64,000 nt of DNA from an uncultured Mageeibacillus sp. (GTDB lineage Bacteria; Bacillota; Clostridia; Saccharofermentanales; DTU023). The translations under genes were made by a program, and so were the position numbers. Within the stretch, counting starts at the first letter, position 1. Every line of letters begins with the position of its first letter. The notes under the pieces are model-generated. The model searched no databases, was not told the DNA's origin, and saw only the letters and a program-made list of their open reading frames with translations. The DNA is taken from contig CAYFTG010000002.1 of assembly GCA_964346175.1 (NCBI GenBank), positions 735 through 64,734 on the forward strand, read 5' to 3'. Of the stretch, positions 1-9,271 are shown piece after piece.

Positions 1-455
1 CCGGTGCCAACTTTCATCAGAGTTATTTACAGGCAATGTCCGAGCGAAAAAATGCTGTGTTTATTAAAGGAATAATCTGCGCAGCAACTTATGTTATCTT
101 GGCTATCAACCTGCTGGGAGCCTTTGCCAATGCGCTTAACAAGCGTAGCTTTGAGATCGGAGTCAAGCGCGCTATCGGTGCGAGCCCGGGCCAGATTCTT
201 CTTCAGTTTTTCTTAGAAGGTGTCACAGTTATATCCGCCAATATTATATTGGCTTCTTTAGTGAGCGTTATTCCTTTTCTTGTCTACAAACTGTATCAAA
301 GTATAGAAAACGGCCTTGTCTGGACCATCTACATCAGTACGCCTTCTGCCATCATCTACTTGTTTAACTGCTTCGTAATTTGTGTAGTTTCATCACTATA
401 CTTTGCCTACAGATCTTCGAAGGTAGAGGTGATTACACTTATCAAGGGCGCTTAG
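1..455 (+). CDS. ABC transporter permease, FtsX/MacB-type, C-terminal fragment (5' end lies outside the window)
   Basis: The reading frame is open from the window edge (frame 3, no stop before 36). It contains the FtsX-domain core FEIGVKRAIGASPGQILLQFFLEGVTV followed by two hydrophobic helices. Confidence 0.75.
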   Translation, partial: GANFHQSYLQAMSERKNAVFIKGIICAATYVILAINLLGAFANALNKRSFEIGVKRAIGASPGQILLQFFLEGVTVISANIILASLVSVIPFLVYKLYQSIENGLVWTIYISTPSAIIYLFNCFVICVVSSLYFAYRSSKVEVITLIKGA

Positions 456-511
456 AATTCTAGCTTTTTGCGACATGCTCATCGACTTTAATGATAAGAA
501 GACATGTAACA

Positions 512-540
512 TTGATTAAAGTCAAAGCTGTAGCTACAAT
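512..540 (+). promoter_or_regulatory. candidate sigma-70 promoter for the flavodiiron gene
   Basis: TTGATT (512-517), a 17-nt spacer, then TACAAT (535-540), about 70 nt upstream of the ATG at 608. Confidence 0.35.
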
Positions 541-607
541 TTCTTTGCTATATTGTTAGGCAGGAAAATAATATTAATCTTAGCGAATTCTTCAAGGAGA
601 ATATTTT

Positions 608-1792
608 ATGCGCAAAAAAATCAAAAACAATGTTAGTTGGGTTGGTTTCATCGACTGGGAATTGCAGGAATTTCACGGTTCCGATTACAGTGTCTTCCAT
701 GGTTCAAGCCAAAATGCTTATCTGATTGAGGAAGAGAAAACCGTACTAGTAGACACAGTCTGGAAACCACACGAAGACTTTTTTATAAACAATCTTAAAC
801 AGGAAATCGATTTGAATAACATTGACTATATTGTAGTCAACCATGGTGAAGTCGATCATTCCGGTGCCCTTCCTGCCTTGATGCGGGAGATCCCCGACAC
901 ACCGATTTACTGCACAGCCAATGCTGTCAAGAGTCTCAAGGGTCAGTACCATCAGGACTGGAACTTCCAAGTTGTAAAAACCGGAGACACTTTGGACGTC
1001 GGCAACGGCAAATCACTAGTCTTTGTGGAAATGCGCATGCTGCACTGGCCCGACAGCATGGCAGCCTATCTAACCGGCGATAACATTCTCTTCTCTAATG
1101 ATGCCTTCGGACAGCACTTCGCAGTTGAAGAGCTCTTCAACGACCTAGCTGATCCCTGCCTTTTGGAGAAAGAGGCCATGAAATATTACGCCAATATTCT
1201 CAATCCTTTCTCTCCTTTAGTTAGCCGTAAACTCGAAGAAATCGGCGGTCTTAACCTGGATATAGATATTATCGCTCCTAGCCACGGTGTCATCTGGCGG
1301 GACAATCCGGTACAGATTATTGAGAAATATGCTGCATGGGCCGACGACTATCAAGAAGATCAAATCACAATTGTCTACGACAGCATGTGGGAAGCTACAA
1401 CCGCATTAGCCAATGCTATTTCCAGCGAAATCAGTGCTCTTTCACCGGAGACCAGAGTCAAATCTATGAGCGTTTCCAAATATGATAAAAACGAAATCAT
1501 GACGGAAGTGTTTAAGTCTAAAGCTATCGCAGTGGGCTCGCCCACAGTAGGTAACGATATGTTATCCAGCGTTAGTGGTTGGCTGGCCTTCCTCAAGTCT
1601 CTCAAGTTTAAGAACAAAAAGGCTGCTGCCTTCGGCAGCTATGGCTGGTCAGGTGAATCCGTTAAGAAAATCGAAGAAATGTTGGTCGAATCCGGCTTCG
1701 AACTTGTTGATGCTTCACTGCGCGTCAACTGGACTCCGACACAAGAAGATCTGGCTGGGGCAAAAGCGATTGCTGAGGCTCTGCTAAGATAG
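608..1792 (+). CDS. fprA: flavodiiron protein (FprA-type; metallo-beta-lactamase-like di-iron domain plus flavodoxin domain)
   Basis: 394 aa. The di-iron ligand motif NHGEVDHSG lies in the N-terminal MBL fold, and the C-terminal flavodoxin-like domain reads AIAVGSPTVGNDM...AAAFGSYGWSGE. AAGGAG RBS before the ATG. Confidence 0.9.
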   Translation: MRKKIKNNVSWVGFIDWELQEFHGSDYSVFHGSSQNAYLIEEEKTVLVDTVWKPHEDFFINNLKQEIDLNNIDYIVVNHGEVDHSGALPALMREIPDTPIYCTANAVKSLKGQYHQDWNFQVVKTGDTLDVGNGKSLVFVEMRMLHWPDSMAAYLTGDNILFSNDAFGQHFAVEELFNDLADPCLLEKEAMKYYANILNPFSPLVSRKLEEIGGLNLDIDIIAPSHGVIWRDNPVQIIEKYAAWADDYQEDQITIVYDSMWEATTALANAISSEISALSPETRVKSMSVSKYDKNEIMTEVFKSKAIAVGSPTVGNDMLSSVSGWLAFLKSLKFKNKKAAAFGSYGWSGESVKKIEEMLVESGFELVDASLRVNWTPTQEDLAGAKAIAEALLR

Positions 1793-1833
1793 TTGAGTTT
1801 TACTAAAGCTATTAATTATCATTAATAATTGCC

Positions 1834-1868
1834 AGCCACAGCAAACCGACTGCTGTGGCTGTTTTTTT
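1834..1868 (+). terminator. rho-independent terminator after fprA
   Basis: 10-bp perfect stem AGCCACAGCA / TGCTGTGGCT with a 7-nt loop, followed by a T8 run. Confidence 0.8.
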
Positions 1869-1933
1869 CAGAATTAAGACCACAAAGAAAAAAGGGCTGC
1901 CAAAACTATCGACCTAAGGTGTGCCAATCCCTA

Positions 1934-2521
1934 TCATATGTGCTTTGCCAGCTCGGACTCAATCCACTCTTCGGAGGCCTTCATTGCTTCCAAGGTTTTT
2001 TCGAAAAGTTCATCCAAGCTCCAGCCCAGCCGCTCAGCTCCCTCTGTAATGGTTTCCCGCGAACAGCCTGCAGCGAAGCGCTTATCCTTAAATTTCTTTT
2101 TTATGCTAGAAAGTTTCATGTCCTGAAAGCTCTTTGAAGGGCGCATCAACACAGCGGCACCCATTAAGCCGGTCAGCTCATCTACCGCGAAGAGAATCTT
2201 TTCCATCATCACCTCCGGCTCAACGTCTGCACAAATGCCGTAACCATGAGAGACGATAGAACGAATCATGTCTTCCCCTACCCCGCCGGCACGTAGCAAT
2301 TCCGGAGCTTTTGTACAATGCTCATCCGGCCATTGCTCGAAATCAATATCGTGCAAGAGACCTACCAGGCTCCAGTATTCAAGTTCATCAGCAGCATATT
2401 CCTGAGCGAAATGCCGCATTGAGGCTTCAACGGTCAGTGCATGCCGGATGTGAAAATCTTCCTCATTATATTTTTTCAAAAGCTCAAGCGCTTCTTCTCT
2501 TTTAATTGAACTTTGTCTCAT
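1934..2521 (-). CDS. HD-domain metal-dependent phosphohydrolase
   Basis: 195 aa. Contains H...HD ligands (HIRHALTVE ... GLLHDIDFE) and a later SHGYG motif, as in small stand-alone HD hydrolases. Confidence 0.75.
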   Translation of the reverse strand: MRQSSIKREEALELLKKYNEEDFHIRHALTVEASMRHFAQEYAADELEYWSLVGLLHDIDFEQWPDEHCTKAPELLRAGGVGEDMIRSIVSHGYGICADVEPEVMMEKILFAVDELTGLMGAAVLMRPSKSFQDMKLSSIKKKFKDKRFAAGCSRETITEGAERLGWSLDELFEKTLEAMKASEEWIESELAKHI

Positions 2522-2567
2522 TTCTCACCTCATAAAAAATTCATAGTACAAATACTAGCAGATTTAA

Positions 2568-2595
2568 AGTAGCCATACCGAACGGCATGGCTACT
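2568..2595 (-). terminator. hairpin downstream of psuG (weak terminator)
   Basis: 12-bp stem AGTAGCCATACC / GGCATGGCTACT with one G:U pair and a 4-nt loop. On the minus strand it is followed only by TTTAAATC, so the U tract is poor. Confidence 0.4.
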
Positions 2596-2633
2596 AGAGT
2601 ACTAATTTTATTTTCTATTTATGAGCGTACTAT

Positions 2634-3557
2634 TTAGAGGCGAGACAGTGCGACAGCCAGATCTGCTGCGACGCGCGAATTGTTGTATACAAGTTCTATA
2701 TTCGCTGTCAGGCTTTTACCGGCGGTTATGTCTTTTACCTTTGCCAGCAAAAACGGCGTCGTTTCTTTGCCTTGGATGCCTTGTGCTTCCGCCTCCCGGA
2801 CAGCATCGTCTATTGCTTTAGTGATCAGATCCGAATCTAGTTCATCCGCTTCGGGGATCGGATTGGCCACTACTATGCCGCCGTTAAGATTGAGATCCCA
2901 CTTGGCCTTAATCGCCTGAGCCAGTTCATCTGCGCTGTCAACTTTGTAGTCCACAGCGTGGCCGGATTTGCGAGTATAAAAAGCAGGGAACTCTTCCGTT
3001 TGATAGCCGACTACGGGAACTCCGAAAGTTTCCAGATATTCCAGAGTTAGAGCGATATCAAGGATGGACTTGGCTCCTGCGCAGACGACAGCGACGTTCG
3101 TATTAGCCAATTCTTGCAGATCCGCTGATATATCAAAGGTCTCCTGAGCATTCCTGTGGACTCCGCCAATACCGCCGGTGGCAAAAACCTTAATACCGGC
3201 CAATGCCGCTATGATCATGGTTGCAGCGACTGTGGTTGCGCCGTCGCCACCTCTTGCCACTATGAAGGGCAAATCCCGGCGCGAGACTTTGACAATACCT
3301 TCTTCCTTGCCCATATACTCGATCTCTTCTTCAGTCAGGCCAACTATTAAGCGGCCTTTAATGATGCCGATTGTCGCGGGAATTGCTCCGCGTTCGGAAA
3401 TGAATTTTTCGCATTGAAGAGCGGTCTCAACGTTTTGGGGATAAGGCATACCATGGGAAATGATTGTAGACTCGAGTGCAACAACAGCTTCACCTTTTTC
3501 GATAGCAGCCAGCACATCCTCTCTGACATCCAAGTACTTATTCAACATAGTAAACAT
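2634..3557 (-). CDS. psuG: pseudouridine-5'-phosphate glycosidase
   Basis: 307 aa. Colinear with the YeiN/PsuG family: ALESTIISHGMPYPQN, GGIGGVHR and VVCAGAKSILD motifs. Confidence 0.92.
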   Translation of the reverse strand: MFTMLNKYLDVREDVLAAIEKGEAVVALESTIISHGMPYPQNVETALQCEKFISERGAIPATIGIIKGRLIVGLTEEEIEYMGKEEGIVKVSRRDLPFIVARGGDGATTVAATMIIAALAGIKVFATGGIGGVHRNAQETFDISADLQELANTNVAVVCAGAKSILDIALTLEYLETFGVPVVGYQTEEFPAFYTRKSGHAVDYKVDSADELAQAIKAKWDLNLNGGIVVANPIPEADELDSDLITKAIDDAVREAEAQGIQGKETTPFLLAKVKDITAGKSLTANIELVYNNSRVAADLAVALSRL

Positions 3558-4635
3558 CCTCCAGAAATAAATTTAAGTTTTCTATAGACATATTAGGATT
3601 GATGGTGTTTTCGTGGCTGATGGCCAGTCTAGCAGCTGCTATCCCCACTCTGGCACTTTCCTCAATTCCTAATCTATTAATGTAAGCATATGCCAAAGCC
3701 GCAAGGAATGCATCACCCGCACCGGTAGCATTTATCACTTCGATAGGGGGACCACTAACAATCCCACTTTTGCGACCATCATAGAAGAAGGCTCCGTCTT
3801 TGCCCAAGCTGATGAAAACATTTTTTACACCTTGGTCCACAAAGTATTCACCTGCTCTGAGCAGGTCTTCGCGAGTATCAATCTTTATCCCCGACAAGAG
3901 CTCGGCTTCGATCTTATTAGGCTTAATGGTGTGAAAATAGCCAATCAGATCCTTTACCTTATCTGCCTTTGCGGTGGACACCGTATCAAGGAAAAAGACG
4001 AGATCCTTATAGGTAGTTACAAGGAATTCAATAATTCTTTTGGGCATGTTGCAGTCGATAACGACCAGTTGTGATTTTTGAATTAAGCGGTCTTTGGACT
4101 TAATAAACTCAATCGAGATACGTTTGAAAATATCCATACCCGCGATAGCCACTGCCATATCGCCTGTTTCATCCAAGATCGATAAATATGTTGAAGTTGC
4201 GCCGCCTTCAAGGAAAAGGGACTCTGACATGTCAACACCGTACAACTTGCATTCATCGTGGATTTTCTTACCATAGATATCCTGGCCTATAGCACTGATC
4301 AGTTTGACCGTGATTCCCAGCCGAGACATATTTTCGGCAATGTTCCTGCCGACGCCACCCAAAGAAATTTTGACTGCACCGGGATTCGAATCTGCAGGCA
4401 TCAGTTTTTCATAAGGAAAACCCTGGATATCAACATTAACGCCGCCAATGACCGTAGTGTAGGTCTTATTATCTGTGATATAACCTTTGCCGATGATCAG
4501 ACCCTTTTTCATTAAGTTACTAATGTGTACAGCAACTGACGACCTGGTTATTCCCAAAGCCTCAGCTATCTCCCTCTGGCTCAGCAGTGGTTCCTTCTCG
4601 ATCAACTTCAAGATCTCTGTTTCTCTCTGAGTCAT
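3538..4635 (-). CDS. psuK: pseudouridine kinase (PfkB family) with an N-terminal winged-helix DNA-binding domain
   Basis: 365 aa. The N-terminal 55 aa form an HTH (LSQREIAEALGITRSSVAVHISNLMKKGLI). The rest is a PfkB ribokinase-like fold ending in the signature NATGAGDAFLAAL. Overlaps psuG by 20 nt. Confidence 0.85.
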   Translation of the reverse strand: MTQRETEILKLIEKEPLLSQREIAEALGITRSSVAVHISNLMKKGLIIGKGYITDNKTYTTVIGGVNVDIQGFPYEKLMPADSNPGAVKISLGGVGRNIAENMSRLGITVKLISAIGQDIYGKKIHDECKLYGVDMSESLFLEGGATSTYLSILDETGDMAVAIAGMDIFKRISIEFIKSKDRLIQKSQLVVIDCNMPKRIIEFLVTTYKDLVFFLDTVSTAKADKVKDLIGYFHTIKPNKIEAELLSGIKIDTREDLLRAGEYFVDQGVKNVFISLGKDGAFFYDGRKSGIVSGPPIEVINATGAGDAFLAALAYAYINRLGIEESARVGIAAARLAISHENTINPNMSIENLNLFLEDVYYVE

Positions 4636-5160
4636 TTTTATACCCGCTTCCTAGTTACGATCCACTTCAAAAAATGGATAATTTATTCTGCGTGCAAAAT
4701 GTACATATTTTATTTTATTATACACTTTTTTATGTAGGACACATATACAACAATTTTAGTTGAACTTATTTAATTTTCAAGTCCAAAAAATGAAATTTAA
4801 GAAATTATAAATGTTCACTGCGTGGATACAGTAAGTAATTATAAAAACCATAAACAGATACAAAGATATGAATTAGGAATAAATATACACTAAGAATTCT
4901 TTAAGTATTGACTTGTCTATAGACTAAAACGAATTGCTTATTCTGCTTATAAGTTGGCAAATTGCCTAATTTACTATATTATCTTAATTTTTATTTGACA
5001 CTGCTGCTCCGATCATATACTTTTAGGCTAGTTACAAAAATATGTCTTAGATGATTTTGCACTTCAATCGGATGCATTATTATGCACGAATATATAAAAC
5101 AGGTAATTAAGCTGCAACGCTCTGCGCTGCAGCTTTGGTAATCCGAGGGGGGGGGGAAAA

Positions 5161-6090
5161 GTGAGTTCGAAAACCTTGTTCTACATTATTAAACGTATTG
5201 TTCTGGCTCTCTTAACGATTTTGGTAGTCATAACAATCACCTTTTTTGCCATGCGGGCAATTCCGGGCGGACCGTTCTTGGGTGAGAAAGCGGTGTCAGA
5301 GGCTGTAATCGAAGCCTTAGAAGCCAAATACGGTTTGGATAAGCCTCTTTTTGAACAGTACACAACCTATGTAAAGGGCATTATTTTAGACTTCGATTTC
5401 GGTCCCTCGCTTAAACAGCGCGGCATGATGGTTATTGACATCATCCTGAACGGACTGAAAACCTCTGTTCGTCTTGGCGTCATCGCTGCTGCCATTGCAT
5501 TAGTCTTCGGCCTTTTCCTCGGTTCAACCGCTTCACTTCGCCGCAACACAATTGTCGACAGAGTCATTATGGTTTTGACTACTGCCTTTGTGTCGATGCC
5601 CTCATTTATTATGGGCTCGTTGCTTTTGGTCATCTTTGCGGTGAAGTTGGGCATTGTCCCCGCGAATGGTTCAACACCGGCCGGCATGATTCTGCCCGTC
5701 ATTACTCTATCGCTCTATCCGATGGCTTATATTACGCGTTTGACACGTTCTTCCATGCTGGATGTTCTGGGGCAGGATTATATTCGCACAGCCCAGGCTA
5801 AGGGAGTCTCCCGTCCGGGAATCATCGGCGGGCATGCTCTCAAGAACGCAGTCATACCGGTCATTACTTATTTCGGCCCCATGTTGGCTTACATTGTCAC
5901 GGGCTCTTTGGTTGTTGAGCGTATTTTTGCTGTGCCGGGTATCGGCAGATCTTTTGTGAACAGCATCACCGGTCGTGATTATCCCCTGATCATGGGAACA
6001 ACTATAGTCTTGGCGAGCTTGATTGTCCTCATGAATCTTCTGGGAGACATCATGTACAAACTGGTTGATCCTCGTATCAGCTTTGAATAA
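5161..6090 (+). CDS. oppB: oligopeptide/dipeptide ABC transporter permease
   Basis: 309 aa. OppB/DppB-type N-terminus (YIIKRIVLALLTILVVITITFFAMRAIPGGPF) and the EAA-loop region DYIRTAQAKGVS. GTG start preceded by a G-rich RBS. Confidence 0.9.
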   Translation: MSSKTLFYIIKRIVLALLTILVVITITFFAMRAIPGGPFLGEKAVSEAVIEALEAKYGLDKPLFEQYTTYVKGIILDFDFGPSLKQRGMMVIDIILNGLKTSVRLGVIAAAIALVFGLFLGSTASLRRNTIVDRVIMVLTTAFVSMPSFIMGSLLLVIFAVKLGIVPANGSTPAGMILPVITLSLYPMAYITRLTRSSMLDVLGQDYIRTAQAKGVSRPGIIGGHALKNAVIPVITYFGPMLAYIVTGSLVVERIFAVPGIGRSFVNSITGRDYPLIMGTTIVLASLIVLMNLLGDIMYKLVDPRISFE

Positions 6091-6104
6091 GGAAAGTAAT
6101 ATAG

Positions 6105-7163
6105 ATGAAAAAAAATCCTTTAAGCATGCATATCGATATTGACGCCTTTATTCCCGCCAGCGAAGAAGAGAAAGAGTACATGGTGCAAATGCGCCCCTCC
6201 TCTACCTTCTTCCGCGATGGTGTCAGACGCCTGAGGAAAAACAAGGTGGCGATGTTCAGCCTTATAGTTATAGTGATAATTTCTTTCTCATCGATCTTTG
6301 TACCGATGTTTTGGCCCTATTCCTACGAGGAGCAACTTGGCGTACGACCGGGAAAAAGAGTCGATCCTTCATATAACAATCTAGGTCCGTTTGAATATGG
6401 TAAAACAGAACAGGAAATGATCGCTGCGGGAGAGTCCGTATTCCCTCACATCTTCGGCACCGACTCAGCCGGAAGGGATTATTTCATCAGAGTTATTTAC
6501 GGCACCCGCATTTCCTTAGCTGTCGGTTTTTTTGCCAGTATCATCGTATTAATTATCGGGCTGATTGTCGGCTCTCTCGCGGGCTATTTAGGTGGCAAGG
6601 TCGACCTGATCGTCATGCGTATCGTTGATATTATTTATTCATTACCGGACACCTTGATGGTCATACTGCTGGCCGCGATCTTGCGGGTCACGCTGGGAGA
6701 CAGCCTTGAAGGAACTTCCTTGGAAAGTATTGGTTCCAACATCATCAGTCTGTTTATTGTTTTTGCACTCTTGTACTGGGTCTCCATGGCACGTCTGGTT
6801 CGCGGACAAATCCTTTCACTGCGCGAGGAAGAATACGTCCTCTCGGCTAGAGCGACCGGTGCCAAAGGCTTGTGGATAATTCGTAAGCACTTGCTGCCTA
6901 ATTCTATCAGCGTGATTATCATCTCCACTGCCCTGCAAATACCTAGTGCGATTTTTACCGAAAGCTATCTGTCTTTCTTGGGCTTGGGCGTTAACGCACC
7001 CATGCCGTCGCTGGGCTCATTAGCATCCGATGCACTGAACGGAATCAATTCGTATGCATATCGTTTAGTTATCCCGGCAATATCAATTTCTTTGATTGTC
7101 TTATCGCTGAACTTGCTGGGCGACGGATTGCGCGATGCTTTTGATCCGAAATTAAACAGATAA
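6105..7163 (+). CDS. oppC: oligopeptide/dipeptide ABC transporter permease
   Basis: 352 aa. Contains GTDSAGRDYFIRVIYGTRISL and EEYVLSARATGAKGLWIIRKHLLPN, typical of OppC/DppC. Confidence 0.9.
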   Translation: MKKNPLSMHIDIDAFIPASEEEKEYMVQMRPSSTFFRDGVRRLRKNKVAMFSLIVIVIISFSSIFVPMFWPYSYEEQLGVRPGKRVDPSYNNLGPFEYGKTEQEMIAAGESVFPHIFGTDSAGRDYFIRVIYGTRISLAVGFFASIIVLIIGLIVGSLAGYLGGKVDLIVMRIVDIIYSLPDTLMVILLAAILRVTLGDSLEGTSLESIGSNIISLFIVFALLYWVSMARLVRGQILSLREEEYVLSARATGAKGLWIIRKHLLPNSISVIIISTALQIPSAIFTESYLSFLGLGVNAPMPSLGSLASDALNGINSYAYRLVIPAISISLIVLSLNLLGDGLRDAFDPKLNR

Positions 7164-7178
7164 GAAAAGAGGACACAA

Positions 7179-8210
7179 GTGGCACTTTTAGAAGTTAAAG
7201 ATTTACATACATCATTTTTCACCGAAGCCGGTGAAGTTAAAGCTGTTAACGGCATCTCTTTTGATCTTGAATACGGAAAAGTTCTCGGCATCGTGGGCGA
7301 ATCCGGGTCAGGAAAATCCGTTACAGCCTATTCCATCATGCAGATCCTGGCTCCAAACGGCAAAATCGTCTCCGGTTCAATCAAGTTTGACGGGCAGGAA
7401 CTGATTGGTATGGACAAAAAATCTATGCGTGAGATTAGGGGAAAAAGGATCTCCATCATCTTTCAAGATCCTATGACCTCTCTGAACCCTGTTTACTCCA
7501 TCGGACATCAGTTGTTGGAAGCAATTAAACTGCACACTGATTACAAAGGAGCTGCTGCCCGCGAGCGCGCGGTTGAGCTGCTACGCTTGGTCAATGTCAA
7601 TGATCCGGAAAAACGTGTCAAACAGTATCCCTACGAACTGTCCGGCGGAATGCGCCAGCGCGTTATGATCGCCATGGCGCTTGCCTGCGAACCGGACATC
7701 CTGATAGCTGACGAGCCGACCACCGCTCTGGACGTCACCATTCAAGCTCAGATCTTGGAATTGATGATGTCTCTGCAGGACGAAATAGGCATGTCCATCA
7801 TCATGATCACCCATGACCTCGGTGTGGTAGCGCAATTGTGCGACGAAGTAGTCGTCATGTATGCCGGCGAAATCTGCGAGCAGGGCACTGCTGATGAGAT
7901 TTATTACAATCCGCGTCATGAGTACACCAAAGGCTTACTCAACTCAATTCCCACTGCCAGCATGTCAGGCAAAAAGCTTAAGCCCATCAGCGGTACCCCG
8001 ATTGATTTATTAAACCTTCCGGCTGGCTGCCCTTTCGCACCGCGTTGCGGCGAGGCCATGAAGATTTGCATCAGGCAACATGCGCCACGCATGCAAATCA
8101 ATGATGAGCATATAGCCTACTGCTGGGTAAATGTCAGGGAAGGCGTAGCTGACGGCTCCATCATCCCTACAGGAACAGAAATGCAAACAGAGGTAGCTTT
8201 ACATGAATAA
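7179..8210 (+). CDS. oppD: oligopeptide ABC transporter ATP-binding protein
   Basis: 343 aa. Walker A GESGSGKS, signature LSGGMRQR, Walker [13 protein letters not shown], and a C-terminal Cys-rich oligopeptide-type extension. Confidence 0.92.
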   Translation: MALLEVKDLHTSFFTEAGEVKAVNGISFDLEYGKVLGIVGESGSGKSVTAYSIMQILAPNGKIVSGSIKFDGQELIGMDKKSMREIRGKRISIIFQDPMTSLNPVYSIGHQLLEAIKLHTDYKGAAARERAVELLRLVNVNDPEKRVKQYPYELSGGMRQRVMIAMALACEPDILIADEPTTALDVTIQAQILELMMSLQDEIGMSIIMITHDLGVVAQLCDEVVVMYAGEICEQGTADEIYYNPRHEYTKGLLNSIPTASMSGKKLKPISGTPIDLLNLPAGCPFAPRCGEAMKICIRQHAPRMQINDEHIAYCWVNVREGVADGSIIPTGTEMQTEVALHE

Positions 8211-9192
8211 CACTCTTACAGCTAAATATCTACTTGAGGTAAATAATTTAAAGCAATATTTCGATATCAACACCGGGCTCTTCCGTTCCCAGCCGCTAAA
8301 GGCGGTTGACGATGTCAGTTTCAACATCAGTGAAGGAGAAACCTTGGGGCTAGTAGGGGAATCCGGCTGTGGGAAAACTACCGTCGGTCGCAGTATTCTC
8401 CATCTCTATGAGCCTACTGCTGGTGAAATCTCCTATAAGGGAAAAGAAATTAAGACGGAAAAGGATCTCAGTAAATTTCGCAAACAGGCGACAATGGTCT
8501 TTCAGGATCCGTACTCTTCCTTAAATCCCCGCATGACAGTTGCAGACATTATTGGAGAGCCCCTTGATGTCCACAAACTTTGTTCCTCCAAGAGTGAGCG
8601 CAAAGAACGCATCCTCGAACTAATGGACAGGGTCGGACTTAACAGCGAGCATGCAGCTCGTTATGCGCACGAGTTTTCCGGAGGCCAGAGACAAAGAATC
8701 GGTATCGCCAGAGCTTTGGCAGTCAAACCCGATTTCATCGTATGCGATGAACCGGTCTCGGCTCTGGACGTATCCATTCAGGCGCAGGTAATTAATATGT
8801 TTGAGGAATTGCAGGATGACTTAGGTCTGACTTATCTCTTCATAGCTCATGATCTGCTCATCGTGCGTCATATTTCTGATCGTATCGCAGTTATGTACTT
8901 GGGTAAGTTAGTAGAAATGTCGTCGGCTGATGAAATCTATGATCACCCACTGCATCCTTATTCCAAATCCTTAATTTCTGCGGTACCGGTCCCGGATCCT
9001 CGTATCGCACGCGCCCACGAACGTATTGTCTTAAAGGGTGAAATACCGAGTCCTTTGAACGCCCCTTCAGGCTGCGGCTTCCGCACACGCTGTCCGTATG
9101 CAATCGAATGTTGCGCGGAAACTGTTCCGGAATTCGAGGAAGTACACGAAGGCCATTTCGTAGCCTGTCACAGGGTAGACGAGATTAATTAG
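8203..9192 (+). CDS. oppF: oligopeptide ABC transporter ATP-binding protein
   Basis: 329 aa. Walker A GESGCGKT, signature FSGGQRQR, Walker [13 protein letters not shown]. Overlaps oppD by 8 nt. Confidence 0.92.
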   Translation: MNNTLTAKYLLEVNNLKQYFDINTGLFRSQPLKAVDDVSFNISEGETLGLVGESGCGKTTVGRSILHLYEPTAGEISYKGKEIKTEKDLSKFRKQATMVFQDPYSSLNPRMTVADIIGEPLDVHKLCSSKSERKERILELMDRVGLNSEHAARYAHEFSGGQRQRIGIARALAVKPDFIVCDEPVSALDVSIQAQVINMFEELQDDLGLTYLFIAHDLLIVRHISDRIAVMYLGKLVEMSSADEIYDHPLHPYSKSLISAVPVPDPRIARAHERIVLKGEIPSPLNAPSGCGFRTRCPYAIECCAETVPEFEEVHEGHFVACHRVDEIN

Positions 9193-9271
9193 TTTTCAAA
9201 TATGTTAGTTTTGCACAGCATATTTTGAAATAGATCTTATGCAAGTTTAAGCACTGGAAAGGAAGAAAACT

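Noticed and set aside
12-30. 19-nt exact match TTTCATCAGAGTTATTTAC between the FtsX-permease fragment (12-30) and oppC (6482-6500).
   Set aside because: The two copies are read in different frames, giving unrelated and family-typical peptides (FHQSYLQ versus the conserved OppC DYFIRVIYG). The similarity does not extend on either side. This is most likely a chance match, not a repeat element or recombination scar.
1829-2137. 102-aa plus-strand ORF after fprA.
   Set aside because: It starts inside the fprA terminator hairpin and mostly overlaps the well-supported HD-domain gene on the minus strand.
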